Shown piece after piece: positions 26,507-36,299 of a stretch of DNA of 64,000 bases. Below the pieces are notes generated by a model that saw only the letters and a program-made list of their open reading frames with translations, was not told the origin of the DNA and did not search any database. This DNA is from Patescibacteria group bacterium (lineage in GTDB: Bacteria; Patescibacteriota; Minisyncoccia; Phycocordibacterales; PALSA-1337): contig JANLHG010000005.1 of NCBI GenBank assembly GCA_024654575.1, positions 1,260-65,259 on the forward strand, written 5' to 3'. The stretch's first letter is position 1; every line of letters starts with the position of its first letter. Made by a program: the position numbers and the translations under genes.

Positions 26507-27256
26507 TTACACACTGCAACTACCTGAACTCTGACGAAGTTGCGGTTGTGTGACTTGAGATACAATTTTAGCGTATCCTTGAGCACTAGAATAATTTGCG
26601 CCAAGAATTTCTTGTGGATTTACATTTTTCCATTCAACACCTTTATTTTTCATATAAGTTTTTATTACTGCGTAATTATCTGGAAACCAATTTGAATTCA
26701 TCGTTAAAGCATTTTTCCACATATCTTTTTCACTCATATCTTGTGACGCCATTAATTCAAGAAGTCCCAACATAGCCATACCATGATTACAATCAGGAAA
26801 ATGAGTAGAATTTCCACAACATGGTCGGTATATACCTAATGACATTTTATCTACTAATGCTTGTTGTTCCGGTGTTAAATTAAAAAACTTATGACGACTA
26901 TAATGATCCATCGGATTACCATGGGCTATTGTCCAACCAGCTGTAGAAGCAAAATTTTGTGCTCCTCCATATCTTTTATCCATCATCTCGCCAGATTCTA
27001 AAATTGGATTTTTACTAGCAAGACCAAGTGCCCAAAGCAAGTTGAGAATGGAATGATTATATGTAATATCAAATCTATCTGGATCAATCACTCCAACACT
27101 TATCATTTTTTCAGTAAGATCACCCCACCCTTCTATGATTTCTTCTTTAGTTTGAATATTTTGAATATTATCTGTACCTTTATAAAACATTGCTCCACCA
27201 ATAATAATTCCCGCAACAACTATAGCTAGCGGTACTTTTTTTATTTCTTTTTCCAT
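26507..27256 (-). CDS. Hypothetical membrane-anchored Cys-rich protein
   Basis: Has an N-terminal TM segment and a CCGNSTHFPDCNHG cluster. It lies in the copper/redox neighbourhood. Confidence 0.45.
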   Translation of the reverse strand: MEKEIKKVPLAIVVAGIIIGGAMFYKGTDNIQNIQTKEEIIEGWGDLTEKMISVGVIDPDRFDITYNHSILNLLWALGLASKNPILESGEMMDKRYGGAQNFASTAGWTIAHGNPMDHYSRHKFFNLTPEQQALVDKMSLGIYRPCCGNSTHFPDCNHGMAMLGLLELMASQDMSEKDMWKNALTMNSNWFPDNYAVIKTYMKNKGVEWKNVNPQEILGANYSSAQGYAKIVSQVTQPQLRQSSGSCSV

Positions 27257-27262
27257 ATATTT

Positions 27263-27745
27263 TTATTCTTTACAACAATCAGCTAGCTTGGCGACTAAAT
27301 CCTCAAGCCGATTGGTGTCTTTAGATATTTTATTAATTTGTTTAACATTCACCAATTTAATCTTTAACGCCCAAAAAATAGAATAAATCTTATAAGCATC
27401 ATTAAACATTTCTTTGGCTTCTTTCTTTTTTCCTTCGGAATGCAATTTATTTCCAACCTCAATAAATCGCATTGTGGTAGAAAGGAGATGTTTTGAAGCA
27501 CACCATGTTTCTCCTTCGTGGTTCGGTATAAGTTTAATTAATAGTTCTTTACGCATCTTTCTTATCTCATCAGATGTATCTAGGTATTCATCCTTACCAG
27601 TTTTCATAGAAGTAAAAAAGAAATGTTCTTCAAGCGAAATCAGATTCATCACCGCCAAACTTAAATCCTCAGTAATTGATAGGTCAACACCACCTTCTTT
27701 TTTAGCTAATTCAATTTTCGTCATAAACTCTTCAAATGTTTTCAT
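27263..27745 (-). CDS. Hypothetical protein (160 aa)
   Basis: Intact ORF with no recognisable motif. The C-terminus ends in CC. Confidence 0.4.
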   Translation of the reverse strand: MKTFEEFMTKIELAKKEGGVDLSITEDLSLAVMNLISLEEHFFFTSMKTGKDEYLDTSDEIRKMRKELLIKLIPNHEGETWCASKHLLSTTMRFIEVGNKLHSEGKKKEAKEMFNDAYKIYSIFWALKIKLVNVKQINKISKDTNRLEDLVAKLADCCKE

Positions 27746-27754
27746 ATTAATAAA

Positions 27755-28534
27755 TTAAATGAATAAAACTAAAATACCAATAATAACCATAGCGATACCT
27801 ACCCATAGGTGCACATCTTTCATATTCGCGTGTTTCCATTCTTTAACTTTTTCAATAAAAGCTGGATTAGAAGCAATCCAAAGAGTTGCTATAAGTGGAG
27901 TGATAAGAATGATGTTATAGAGAATAAGATAACCAAAACCACTAAAATATGTAGAATAATCATGAAGTAATCCAATGACCATTAAATACGGACCTCCCAT
28001 ACACGGAAATTGACAAAGGCCGACAAGTAAACCAAGAAAAAAAGCAGACGGAAGTGATACGATATTAATGAGTTTACCAATAGAACGATGTGCCACATCA
28101 GGGATTTTGAGCTTAATAGGAAACTTAGGAAAGAGAGCATTAAGTAAATTAAGTAATCCAAAAATAATCAACATACTTGCACCGAGCTTACCCATAAAAT
28201 GGGGAGTGTTGAAAATATGAAGTACTTTTAAGAGACCGATGCCTATAGTGAAATAAGCAAAGAAAATACCAGCAATATATAGACCGCCAATTTGAAGAAT
28301 TTTCTTACGCGTCAACTGTAAGCCAAACAAAAATGCAATAGTAATGAGTAGAATAGAAAAAGAACAAGGATGAACACTATCAAGAAGTGCAGAAAAAAAG
28401 ACCAGCGGTAAAAGCCATACACCTTGATCACTTACATTCCAAAGAAAGGTAGAAAAATTAGAGCTATATTTTAAGACTACAATTCCCAGAATTACTACAA
28501 GCACTACTACTATGCTGATGATATTTTTTTTCAT
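27755..28534 (-). CDS. CcdA/DsbD-like thiol-disulfide transporter family membrane protein
   Basis: Polytopic membrane protein with conserved Cys inside TM helices (VHPCSFSIL and CQFPCMGG). It is paired with a DUF1573 protein. Confidence 0.45.
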   Translation of the reverse strand: MKKNIISIVVVLVVILGIVVLKYSSNFSTFLWNVSDQGVWLLPLVFFSALLDSVHPCSFSILLITIAFLFGLQLTRKKILQIGGLYIAGIFFAYFTIGIGLLKVLHIFNTPHFMGKLGASMLIIFGLLNLLNALFPKFPIKLKIPDVAHRSIGKLINIVSLPSAFFLGLLVGLCQFPCMGGPYLMVIGLLHDYSTYFSGFGYLILYNIILITPLIATLWIASNPAFIEKVKEWKHANMKDVHLWVGIAMVIIGILVLFI

Positions 28535-28539
28535 AATAT

Positions 28540-29040
28540 TTAAGGAGTAACTATGGCCTTGATTTCAAGTTGAAGTTCTCCACCGTTTTTATCAGTTAAA
28601 ATAACAACTCTATCAATCTGACCTACACCCGCTGGACCATGAGCATTTGGGTCATAAACAACGCGAATAATACGACTTTCACCAGTTTTGATAATTTCAT
28701 TTGCAGGGGGAACATAACCCATACCAGCCATACTAAATGGACCCTTAGTACTTCCATCTGGTCCAATAATAAACGCAGTTGTACACATACAAGAAGTCAA
28801 CACTGTGCTAATGGTGATATCTTCATTAGTCGGATTAGTCACGGTAAACTCTTTAGTAACATTTCCATTTTTCATAGAAATATTACCAAAATCATAAATT
28901 GTTTCTGTAGTAGTAATAAGGCTTTTAGAAACATTTGAAGATGAACTTGGCAATTTATTGCTGTTAGAATAACCCCAGACAAGAAGACCTATAAAAACAA
29001 AACAAGCAAGAATAGTAGCGATAACTGTTTGTGGTTTCAT
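28540..29040 (-). CDS. DUF1573 family protein (signal-anchored, TSCxCT motif)
   Basis: TVTNPTNEDITISTVLTSCMCTTAF carries the conserved DUF1573 Cys motif. Confidence 0.55.
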   Translation of the reverse strand: MKPQTVIATILACFVFIGLLVWGYSNSNKLPSSSSNVSKSLITTTETIYDFGNISMKNGNVTKEFTVTNPTNEDITISTVLTSCMCTTAFIIGPDGSTKGPFSMAGMGYVPPANEIIKTGESRIIRVVYDPNAHGPAGVGQIDRVVILTDKNGGELQLEIKAIVTP

Positions 29041-29099
29041 TTTGAAAATAATTACAAATTAATAATTAGAAATTACTAATAAAGGTAAAACATTTACTA

Positions 29100-29447
29100 C
29101 TATAAGTAAGATGGACTATTTTCAAAGAGGGAGAGCCAGCGAGTTATTTTTCTATTATAAGAACTAACAAATGGAGAACTATATAAAAATGAAGAATATA
29201 TAGAAATTAAAAAAACAAAAAAGACAAAAGTGGGTATAGAAATAGCAAAAATTATTATATTTACATTAATAAGAGTATTGAAAAATGTGTTATATGTGAA
29301 TATTTGCGTACAAAGTGATTTACCCATAGTAGAAAGTGGACAATCTACAGACATGCGTCCATCAGACCAGTGAGTCATCAAAGCAAAGCCAAAAACAGCT
29401 ACTCCGATAAAACTTATCAAAAACAATAATGAGATAAAATATTTCAC
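29100..29447 (-). CDS. Small polytopic membrane protein
   Basis: Three hydrophobic helices. Length is 115 aa. Confidence 0.3.
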   Translation of the reverse strand: MKYFISLLFLISFIGVAVFGFALMTHWSDGRMSVDCPLSTMGKSLCTQIFTYNTFFNTLINVNIIIFAISIPTFVFFVFLISIYSSFLYSSPFVSSYNRKITRWLSLFENSPSYL

Positions 29448-29451
29448 AGTT

Positions 29452-31764
29452 TTATAATTTCTTCAATCGCAATGAATTAGCGACGACACTGATACTACTA
29501 AAAGCCATAGCCGCTCCAGCAAAAATTGGATTAAGTAGGATTCCAAAAAATGGAAAAAGTGCTCCAGCTGCAACAGGTATAAAAGCGACATTATAGAAAA
29601 ATGCCCAAAAAAGATTCTGCTTTATTATTCGCATTGTTCTTTTAGAAATTTTTATTGTTTCAGGAATAAGCATTAAATCCCCTCTCATCAAAGTGATGTT
29701 TGCTGACTCCATTGCAATATCTGTACCTTCACCCATAGCAATGCCAATATTAGCTTGTGTCAAAGCTGGTGCATCATTAATACCATCACCTACCATTGCC
29801 ACAATTTTTCCTTGTCCCTGAAGCTCGCGTATCTTTTCTGTTTTTTTATCAGGCATCACCTCACTCATCACATTTTCTATCCCCACTTGATGAGCGATAG
29901 CGCGAGCGGTTCGATCGTTATCCCCAGTAAGCATCCAGACAATCACACCATTTTCTTTCAAAACTTTTACCGCTTTTATTGACTCGTCTTTAAGCACATC
30001 AGCAACAGCAAGTGCTCCTTTAATCTTTTTATTAACCACAAGAATCATTACTGTCTTACCCTCACTTTCAAGTTTTTGAATTTGGTTATCAAATGACGAT
30101 ATATCAAGTTCTATATCGAGCATAAGGGCTCTATTCCCCAAGTAAGCCTCGGTTTTTTTCCCTTCAATGTATAGAAAACCGCGCAAACCCTTTCCTGAAA
30201 TTGCTTTGAAATCTTCAAGTTTGTATAAATCTATTTTTTCTTTTTTCGCCTCATCTATAATCGCCTTATCAAGTGGATGTGATGATTTCTGGTCCAAACT
30301 AGCGGCATACTGTAAAATCGCTTTCGCTAAAGGATGTTCTGACCGCTGTTCGAGCGATACCGCGAAATTTAAGATTTCCTGTTTATCATCGCCATCAAAA
30401 GCCAAAATATTAGTTAATCGAGGTTTTCCTTCAGTAAGGGTTCCTGTTTTATCAAGCACAATAGTGTCAATCTTGTTTGCAATTTCAAGTGAAGATGCAT
30501 CTTTAATCAAGATCCCTCGACTAGCCGCACTACCAGAAGAAACCATGATGGCCATAGGAGTTGCTAATCCCAATGCACACGGACAAGCGATGATAAGAAC
30601 GGCAACGAAATTAATCAAAGCAAAAGAAAGAGCGGGAGCCGGTCCAAAGAAAAACCAAACCACGAAAGTCAAAATAGCGATTACAAACACCGCTGGCACA
30701 AAATAAGAAGAGATAAGGTCAGCGAGTCGCTGGATGGGTGCCTTGGAACCTTGAGCTTCTTCCACCATTTTAATTATTTGCGAGAGCACTGTGTCTTTTC
30801 CGATTTTTGTAGCTCTAAAAATAAATGTACCAGATAAATTAATAGTACTTCCAACAACCTTACTTCCTATAATCTTATGAACAGGCATTGACTCCCCAGT
30901 CACCATAGATTCATCAATTTCCGACTCCCCTTCTGTTATTTCTCCATCAACTGGAATCTTTTCTCCTGGACGAACGACTATAAAGTCTCCTACTTGCACT
31001 TCTGAAATAGCTATTTCAATTTCTTTTCCGTTCTTTAAGACCTTCGCAGTCTTAGGTTGTAAACCAATAAGCTTTTTAATAGCGTCCGAAGCTCTACCTT
31101 TCATCAAAATTTCAAAATATTTTCCCAGAAGAATCAAAACGATAATTATCGCTGAAGTATCAAAATAAAGCGCTGGCGTTATTCCCCCTTTTGCAAAAAA
31201 AGCCGGAAAAACGGTTACCGCCACACTATAAAAATACGCAGACAGTGTACCCACGGCTACCAAGGTATTCATATCGGCAGTACGATATTTTACCATCATC
31301 TTTAACCCACTATAAAATTGTGAGCCAACCCAAAACTGCACAGGTGTTGCAAGTAAAAGAAGTACCCAGCTACTATTTAGAATTTTTGGAACAAAAGAAA
31401 ACAGGTTAGCAAAACTACCTAAAAATATAAACACAGAAAGGATGCCCCCGATGATGAGTTTGCGTTTCAATACATCCACCTTTTCTTCTTCCATCATTTT
31501 CATATGGTCGTGCGGAGCACTCATATCCATACCAGGCATTTTTATTTCTTCTTTTTTAGCTATGAGTTTATACCCCGCTCCATCAACCGCTTTTTCCAAA
31601 TCGGATTCAGAAATGACATTTTCGTCAAATTCAACCAAGGCCGACTCGGAAGCAAAATTGACTGAAGCCGAATGCACGCCTGCGGTTTTGGATAGCACTT
31701 TCTCAATAGTCGCGACACAACTCGCACAATGCATCCCGCCAATTTTATATGTTTCTTTTTTCAT
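29452..31764 (-). CDS. copA: Copper-translocating P1B-type ATPase
   Basis: The N-terminal HMA domain is GMHCASC. The CPC motif is [18 protein letters not shown] is the phosphorylation site. [10 protein letters not shown] and a His-rich MxxxHDHMKMM linker are present. Confidence 0.93.
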   Translation of the reverse strand: MKKETYKIGGMHCASCVATIEKVLSKTAGVHSASVNFASESALVEFDENVISESDLEKAVDGAGYKLIAKKEEIKMPGMDMSAPHDHMKMMEEEKVDVLKRKLIIGGILSVFIFLGSFANLFSFVPKILNSSWVLLLLATPVQFWVGSQFYSGLKMMVKYRTADMNTLVAVGTLSAYFYSVAVTVFPAFFAKGGITPALYFDTSAIIIVLILLGKYFEILMKGRASDAIKKLIGLQPKTAKVLKNGKEIEIAISEVQVGDFIVVRPGEKIPVDGEITEGESEIDESMVTGESMPVHKIIGSKVVGSTINLSGTFIFRATKIGKDTVLSQIIKMVEEAQGSKAPIQRLADLISSYFVPAVFVIAILTFVVWFFFGPAPALSFALINFVAVLIIACPCALGLATPMAIMVSSGSAASRGILIKDASSLEIANKIDTIVLDKTGTLTEGKPRLTNILAFDGDDKQEILNFAVSLEQRSEHPLAKAILQYAASLDQKSSHPLDKAIIDEAKKEKIDLYKLEDFKAISGKGLRGFLYIEGKKTEAYLGNRALMLDIELDISSFDNQIQKLESEGKTVMILVVNKKIKGALAVADVLKDESIKAVKVLKENGVIVWMLTGDNDRTARAIAHQVGIENVMSEVMPDKKTEKIRELQGQGKIVAMVGDGINDAPALTQANIGIAMGEGTDIAMESANITLMRGDLMLIPETIKISKRTMRIIKQNLFWAFFYNVAFIPVAAGALFPFFGILLNPIFAGAAMAFSSISVVANSLRLKKL

Positions 31765-31997
31765 TAACTTAAATCCTTTTTCTTTTCTTCAAATTCTTCC
31801 TTACTAATTTCGCTTTTTGCATATCTCTCTTTTAAGATTTCAATTGCGTGGTGATGTGGATGTTTAGAATGTTTACCAGAGATTTCTCTAACGATCCAAA
31901 CAATAAGAGAAATGAAAAGAGCCCAAAAAACAATCATCATCAGTCCTCCGACTATATGATATCCCCAACCATAAGTGTTATATATTCCATACATCAT
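31764..31997 (-). CDS. SHOCT-domain small membrane protein
   Basis: One TM helix plus an [28 protein letters not shown] motif. A His-rich stretch reads HSKHPHHH. Confidence 0.6.
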   Translation of the reverse strand: MMYGIYNTYGWGYHIVGGLMMIVFWALFISLIVWIVREISGKHSKHPHHHAIEILKERYAKSEISKEEFEEKKKDLS

Positions 31998-32027
31998 AGT
32001 ATTTTTTAGTTAATTAATAATAGTTAA

Positions 32028-32588
32028 TTATACCTCTTTTTCTGTAAATACTACAAGTCGGTTAGGATAACTTCCATTCTGTGGATTCCATTTACCATCA
32101 CAAGTAATTAGATTGAGGCGATAAGCCGTAGTAGGCCCAAATACTTCATCGCTAATAACCTTTGAATTGTACGAAGTACTTTTTACAACTTTGAACCGTA
32201 TAATACTTTTGTCGTTATTTTCAATAATTACTTCATCTCCTATTTTTAGTTTATTAAGTTTATAAAAAACTGCAGGCAAACCAAACATATTATCATAATG
32301 TCCAGCAATAACAGCATTGCCTATAGTACCGGGTCTAGCACCGAGTTTATACCACGAAACAATATTTGTTCGAGATGGCACCTCCATTGTACCGTCTTCT
32401 GCAACACTCATAGATTCCACCGTAGTTTTGATGCCGATAGAAGGAATACTTAAATACACGGGATAGATATCTTTTTCAATAATATGCACAATTCGAACTG
32501 GGCTAGGCATGTATACAATGGTTAGATTGATAATAATCCCAGTATACAAAATCAAAAATATTAAACGAAGTATAATTTTCCTAAACAT
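32028..32588 (-). CDS. Sortase family transpeptidase
   Basis: NAVIAGHYD carries the catalytic His. RLNLITCDGKW is the TLxTC Cys motif. An N-terminal TM anchor is present. Confidence 0.75.
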   Translation of the reverse strand: MFRKIILRLIFLILYTGIIINLTIVYMPSPVRIVHIIEKDIYPVYLSIPSIGIKTTVESMSVAEDGTMEVPSRTNIVSWYKLGARPGTIGNAVIAGHYDNMFGLPAVFYKLNKLKIGDEVIIENNDKSIIRFKVVKSTSYNSKVISDEVFGPTTAYRLNLITCDGKWNPQNGSYPNRLVVFTEKEV

Positions 32589-33277
32589 ACAATTAAAATT
32601 ACAATAAGAATACCATTTATAATTCCATATATATCTATAGTTCTACCAGTAATAGGAAAGGAAGGGAGAGGGATAATTGTAGGAGGAGTAACACTAGCTA
32701 CTGTTACAGTTATAACTGGTGGAGGGGTATAAAGTGGATGATGTCTACTTCCACTAGAATTAAGTGTTGGTGGAGAAGAAGGTGGAGTTGGCGGTGGAGG
32801 AATTACTACAGGAGAAGTAATGATTGTCACATTAACACCTTGATTACCTCCCCCTTGACTATCAGTATCATTTTGATGAATTGTTCCAATATTATCTGCA
32901 GTGGCCGTCAAAGTACCGTCAGTTTTGACATCTTCAGTTCGTGCTACATAAGTAACAATATTGGAATAGAAGTCTAGTTGACCATTTGAAAGAGATGTTC
33001 GTGTGAGCGAAACAGAATGATTTTGACCATCTGGTGTAGTAATAGAAGCTTGAATATCAGTCGCATCACAAACCACTGGTCCAATGCCTGTACCGTTAAA
33101 AATATCTAAACTATAAGAAATAATATCCCCTATATAGGCTTGGGGGCTATTTGTGGATAAATTTATACCTAAACCGCTACCAGAACAGTCATCTGGGCTT
33201 CTATGCGCTGATACTGGACTAACCCATAATATTAATAGTACTACAGTAATTATGCCTATTTGATGGATTTTCTTCAT
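32561..33277 (-). CDS. Secreted Pro/Thr-rich surface protein with C-terminal hydrophobic anchor; candidate sortase substrate
   Basis: Has a signal peptide and a PPPPTPPSSPP linker. The C-terminus reads …LPSFPITGRT followed by a TM helix and a short KLYFV tail, resembling a noncanonical sorting signal. Confidence 0.55.
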   Translation of the reverse strand: MKKIHQIGIITVVLLILWVSPVSAHRSPDDCSGSGLGINLSTNSPQAYIGDIISYSLDIFNGTGIGPVVCDATDIQASITTPDGQNHSVSLTRTSLSNGQLDFYSNIVTYVARTEDVKTDGTLTATADNIGTIHQNDTDSQGGGNQGVNVTIITSPVVIPPPPTPPSSPPTLNSSGSRHHPLYTPPPVITVTVASVTPPTIIPLPSFPITGRTIDIYGIINGILIVILIVCLGKLYFV

Positions 33278-33382
33278 ATTCAGAGCATATACCCCTTATT
33301 GACAAATAGCTACTATTTAGACAAATAGTTTAGAAATCTCAAAATATGCTATAATTATAAATTATTATTTAATCTATTTTTT

Positions 33383-33760
33383 ATGAGTACAAATAAACAA
33401 GAAAATACGATCATTGCTACTTCGGCACTTCTTACATCTGTCGCGATTATGCATTTTTTGAGAGTTGTTTTTGATTTAGATTTAATTATTAATGGAGTAA
33501 ATATTGCAATGTGGGTAAGTTATTTAGCAGTTATCGGTACAGGATTTCTTGCAATTTTAGATTTTGAAACCTTAAGAAAAAGTAGGATTGTTTGGACAAA
33601 ATTCATTATGTCACTTTTTGTGATAGATGCTGTTATAGTATTTTATTCTTGGATTAGTAATTTAAATTATTGGGGTATTTCTCATGATGGGTTTGGTCTG
33701 ATATTAATTTTTGATATCATTGTGGTTATCTTATTGTTATCGCGAATTAAAAAGAATTAA
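33383..33760 (+). CDS. Hypothetical polytopic membrane protein (125 aa)
   Basis: Four hydrophobic helices. Confidence 0.4.
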   Translation: MSTNKQENTIIATSALLTSVAIMHFLRVVFDLDLIINGVNIAMWVSYLAVIGTGFLAILDFETLRKSRIVWTKFIMSLFVIDAVIVFYSWISNLNYWGISHDGFGLILIFDIIVVILLLSRIKKN

Positions 33761-33792
33761 AAAAACCAAACACTCGGTGTTTGGTTTTGTGA
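33761..33792. terminator. Bidirectional Rho-independent terminator between convergent genes
   Basis: aaaaaccaaacac-tcg-gtgtttggtttt is a perfect 10-bp stem flanked by an A-run and a T-run. Confidence 0.65.
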
Positions 33793-33813
33793 TTTGTGTG
33801 TTCTAGTTTCGTC

Positions 33814-34950
33814 TCAACCAACAAGTTTCCATAGAAGCTCAGTTCCTCCTTTGAAGACTTGGACTTCTCCGACTTTCTGCGGAACGACAAGCGCCCCGCG
33901 TTCGATCGTCATCATCTCCGAGCTCACTTCCATGCCATAAAGCGCGAGGAAGTTTTCGGAAAGGAACGGACCGAGATGTTCGAGTGCGTTGTCCTGGTCG
34001 AAGGTCATCGTGTAGAGCTCAACGGCCGAGGGAGCGGTGAAGATGCCAGCCGCACAGCCATAGCAGCGAGACTTTGCACTTTCATCGTGAGGAGCGGAAT
34101 CCGTTCCTGCTCCGAAGCGACGATTACCCGAAGTCACATACTGCCGGACTTTTGCACGATGCGTTTCGCGCTTCGGCACAGGCTTGCAGTAGTGGCCAGG
34201 ATTCATCCCACCCCAGAACATGGCGTTGCGATTAATCATCAGATGATGAGCAGTCACAGTCGCATGGATATCGTGATCGACTTCTGCGACGAAGTCGGCC
34301 GCTCGTCCATCGGTGAGATGTTCGAAGACCACCGGCAATCCTGGAAAGGACTTGAGGATGGGCTTGAGGTCGCGGTCCACGGAAACGCTCTCGCGATCGA
34401 ATTCGTCGACATCTTCCTCGACTGCTTCGAAGTGTCCAAGCAATGGGATTTTGTGTTTCTCCATCACCTCGAACACCGGATAGCGACCAAGAAGATTCTT
34501 CACGCCGTGCGCCGAGCCAGTGGTGCCACCCTGGCCTTTTTGATTGGCCATGTAGAGCTTCACCGCTCGCCAAACACCTTCTTCGAAACCGCGCACGACT
34601 TCTTCAGGATCGATATGATCCGTCAGATACAGCGTCATGCAAGGCACGAAGTCGTAATCCTTCTTCCAATACCATTCTTGTCCTTTCGGAGCATTAGTAT
34701 TGAAGCGTAAACTCGTCATAACTTGTTCGATCTCTTTACGGTAATCTTTCGCTTTTTCAATCGTCGTTACCGGGTCAGCAAGGTTTGGCATGATAATCGC
34801 CCCCGTTGCATGCTGTTTGAGTGTACACGGAAGAACGGTCTTGAGCATATCACCACTTCGAAGGTGAAGATGACGGTCAAACCATCGAGGTATTGTTACC
34901 GAGTTTTCTTTCATGAGTTTTCCTTTTTGATAAACGATGTGGGTTTCCAC
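33814..34950 (-). CDS. pyrC: Dihydroorotase, type II (E. coli PyrC-like); GC-rich foreign composition
   Basis: FDRHLHLRSGDMLKTVLP, AIIMPNLADPVTT, CMTLYLTDHIDPEEVVRGFEEGV, PLLGHFE, VVFEHLT, GTDSAPH and CYGCAAGIFTAPSA align motif-by-motif to E. coli PyrC. DNA is about 55% GC. Confidence 0.9.
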   Translation of the reverse strand: METHIVYQKGKLMKENSVTIPRWFDRHLHLRSGDMLKTVLPCTLKQHATGAIIMPNLADPVTTIEKAKDYRKEIEQVMTSLRFNTNAPKGQEWYWKKDYDFVPCMTLYLTDHIDPEEVVRGFEEGVWRAVKLYMANQKGQGGTTGSAHGVKNLLGRYPVFEVMEKHKIPLLGHFEAVEEDVDEFDRESVSVDRDLKPILKSFPGLPVVFEHLTDGRAADFVAEVDHDIHATVTAHHLMINRNAMFWGGMNPGHYCKPVPKRETHRAKVRQYVTSGNRRFGAGTDSAPHDESAKSRCYGCAAGIFTAPSAVELYTMTFDQDNALEHLGPFLSENFLALYGMEVSSEMMTIERGALVVPQKVGEVQVFKGGTELLWKLVG

Positions 34951-35780
34951 GGAGTCCGCAGATGAATTGCACCGAAGCCGATCGCTTTCGCGCCGAGCCT
35001 CCTAAGCTTTTCCATGTCTTCGAATTCCATGATACTTGGACCGATCACAGGAAGCGATCCTTGTTTAGCGAGAGCTTCGACTGCCGCCCAGTTGTGTTTC
35101 TGTGCCGGTTTGCCGGAGACGCCTCCGCCTCCACCACCGACTTGTTTTTCGAGCTTCGCTAAAGGGGTCTGCCCGCTGTTAGTAAAGACCGTCTTCCACG
35201 GCACGCTGTTGAGGGAAACCGCTTCCGCGATTCCGACAAGTCCGCGTGCAATAGTGAGATAGTCCTGATCAGCCGAGACTTTGACGATTACGGGGTGACG
35301 CGAAGCGCGTTTGACCGCCTTCACACTATTCACCACCATTTCTGCCTGTTCGATTGCATGGCCAGTATTCGGACACGAGACGTTGACTTCAAGCGCAACG
35401 ATATCGAAGCGATTGAGCATCTCCGCCATTTCCACCAGTTCCTTTTCATCGCCGAAAATTGATCCGGCTGTTGGGAACTTTTTGAAATCGAGTTTGGGAC
35501 CGACTTCTCGGCACCACCACTCGACACCAGGATTAGTGAGCCCAACTTTATTGACCGCTCCGCCTGGAATCAGGCGAACGCAGGTCCAAGGCTTCCACCA
35601 TCGTAGGTTTCCGATACGCGGGTTGCGCGTCAGAGATTTGATGACTACAGTGAAGAGTTCGGGCTTGATGAGACCGAGCCACACCAGTGGCCGTTCCCAA
35701 GGCCAGCCCTTGCCATCAAAGGCAAGAGCGCCGCTTGCAACCATGTATTTGAACGCATGTCCGTTTGATAATGTGATCAT
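34911..35780 (-). CDS. pyrD: Dihydroorotate dehydrogenase, class 1 (Cys active site, PyrD 1A-like); GC-rich foreign composition
   Basis: Contains NKVGLTNPGVEW, ALEVNVSCPNTGH (NxSCPN), GGGGGVSGKP and a C-terminal GFGAIHL. It overlaps pyrC by 40 nt. Confidence 0.85.
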   Translation of the reverse strand: MITLSNGHAFKYMVASGALAFDGKGWPWERPLVWLGLIKPELFTVVIKSLTRNPRIGNLRWWKPWTCVRLIPGGAVNKVGLTNPGVEWWCREVGPKLDFKKFPTAGSIFGDEKELVEMAEMLNRFDIVALEVNVSCPNTGHAIEQAEMVVNSVKAVKRASRHPVIVKVSADQDYLTIARGLVGIAEAVSLNSVPWKTVFTNSGQTPLAKLEKQVGGGGGGVSGKPAQKHNWAAVEALAKQGSLPVIGPSIMEFEDMEKLRRLGAKAIGFGAIHLRTPWKPTSFIKKENS

Positions 35781-35870
35781 AGGATCTCCGTTTGTTGATC
35801 GTTTTAAATGTTCATTTCCATTCTGACATTACCTTATCTCAAAGTTATTTAATAGTAAAGATATGTTATA

Positions 35871-36224
35871 ATGACCTATATGAAAAAAATACTAATTACT
35901 ATTTTTGTTTTAATTGTTATTTGTGCAATATGGTTTTTTATACGAACTCCATCACCTGTCTTAAATATTCAAGATGCTTCAGCTACTGTAAACATAAAAA
36001 GCTTCGCTTTCAGTCCTTCACAGGTAAACATTAAAGTTGGAGATAAAGTTGTGTGGACGAATTTAGACAGTGCCCCTCACGATGTTACATTTGAAAATGG
36101 TGAGCAATCAAAAACATTAGCTCAAGGTGAAAGTTTTGATACGGTGTTCAACGAACCAGGAACTTATCCATATATTTGTAGTATCCATCCTTCAATGAAA
36201 GGAACTGTTATAGTGTCAAACTAA
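35871..36224 (+). CDS. Cupredoxin (plastocyanin/amicyanin-like type-1 copper protein), membrane-anchored
   Basis: KVGDKVVWTNLDSAPHDVTF…YPYICSIHPSMKGTVIV supplies the His…Cys…His…Met copper ligands. Confidence 0.8.
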   Translation: MTYMKKILITIFVLIVICAIWFFIRTPSPVLNIQDASATVNIKSFAFSPSQVNIKVGDKVVWTNLDSAPHDVTFENGEQSKTLAQGESFDTVFNEPGTYPYICSIHPSMKGTVIVSN

Positions 36225-36251
36225 TATAATATATTAAATACATAATAGTTA

Positions 36252-36298
36252 CATTGTCAATGTTGCATATATTTATCAATTTTGTACAATATGTACAT
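36252..36298 (+). promoter_or_regulatory. Operator/promoter region of the YefM-MazF module with two palindromes
   Basis: acattg-t-caatgt is a perfect 6-1-6 inverted repeat. TGTACA-ATA-TGTACA lies immediately upstream of the antitoxin start. Confidence 0.45.
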
Positions 36299-36299
36299 T

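Noticed and set aside
33859-35826. Multiple long ORFs on the plus strand and in other frames across the pyrC-pyrD block (for example 33859-34710, 34232-34573, 34443-34697, 35311-35826)
   Set aside because: They are antisense or alternate-frame overlaps of two well-supported GC-rich genes. High GC suppresses stop codons in all frames. Their translations are low-complexity Arg/Ser/Pro-rich with no motifs.
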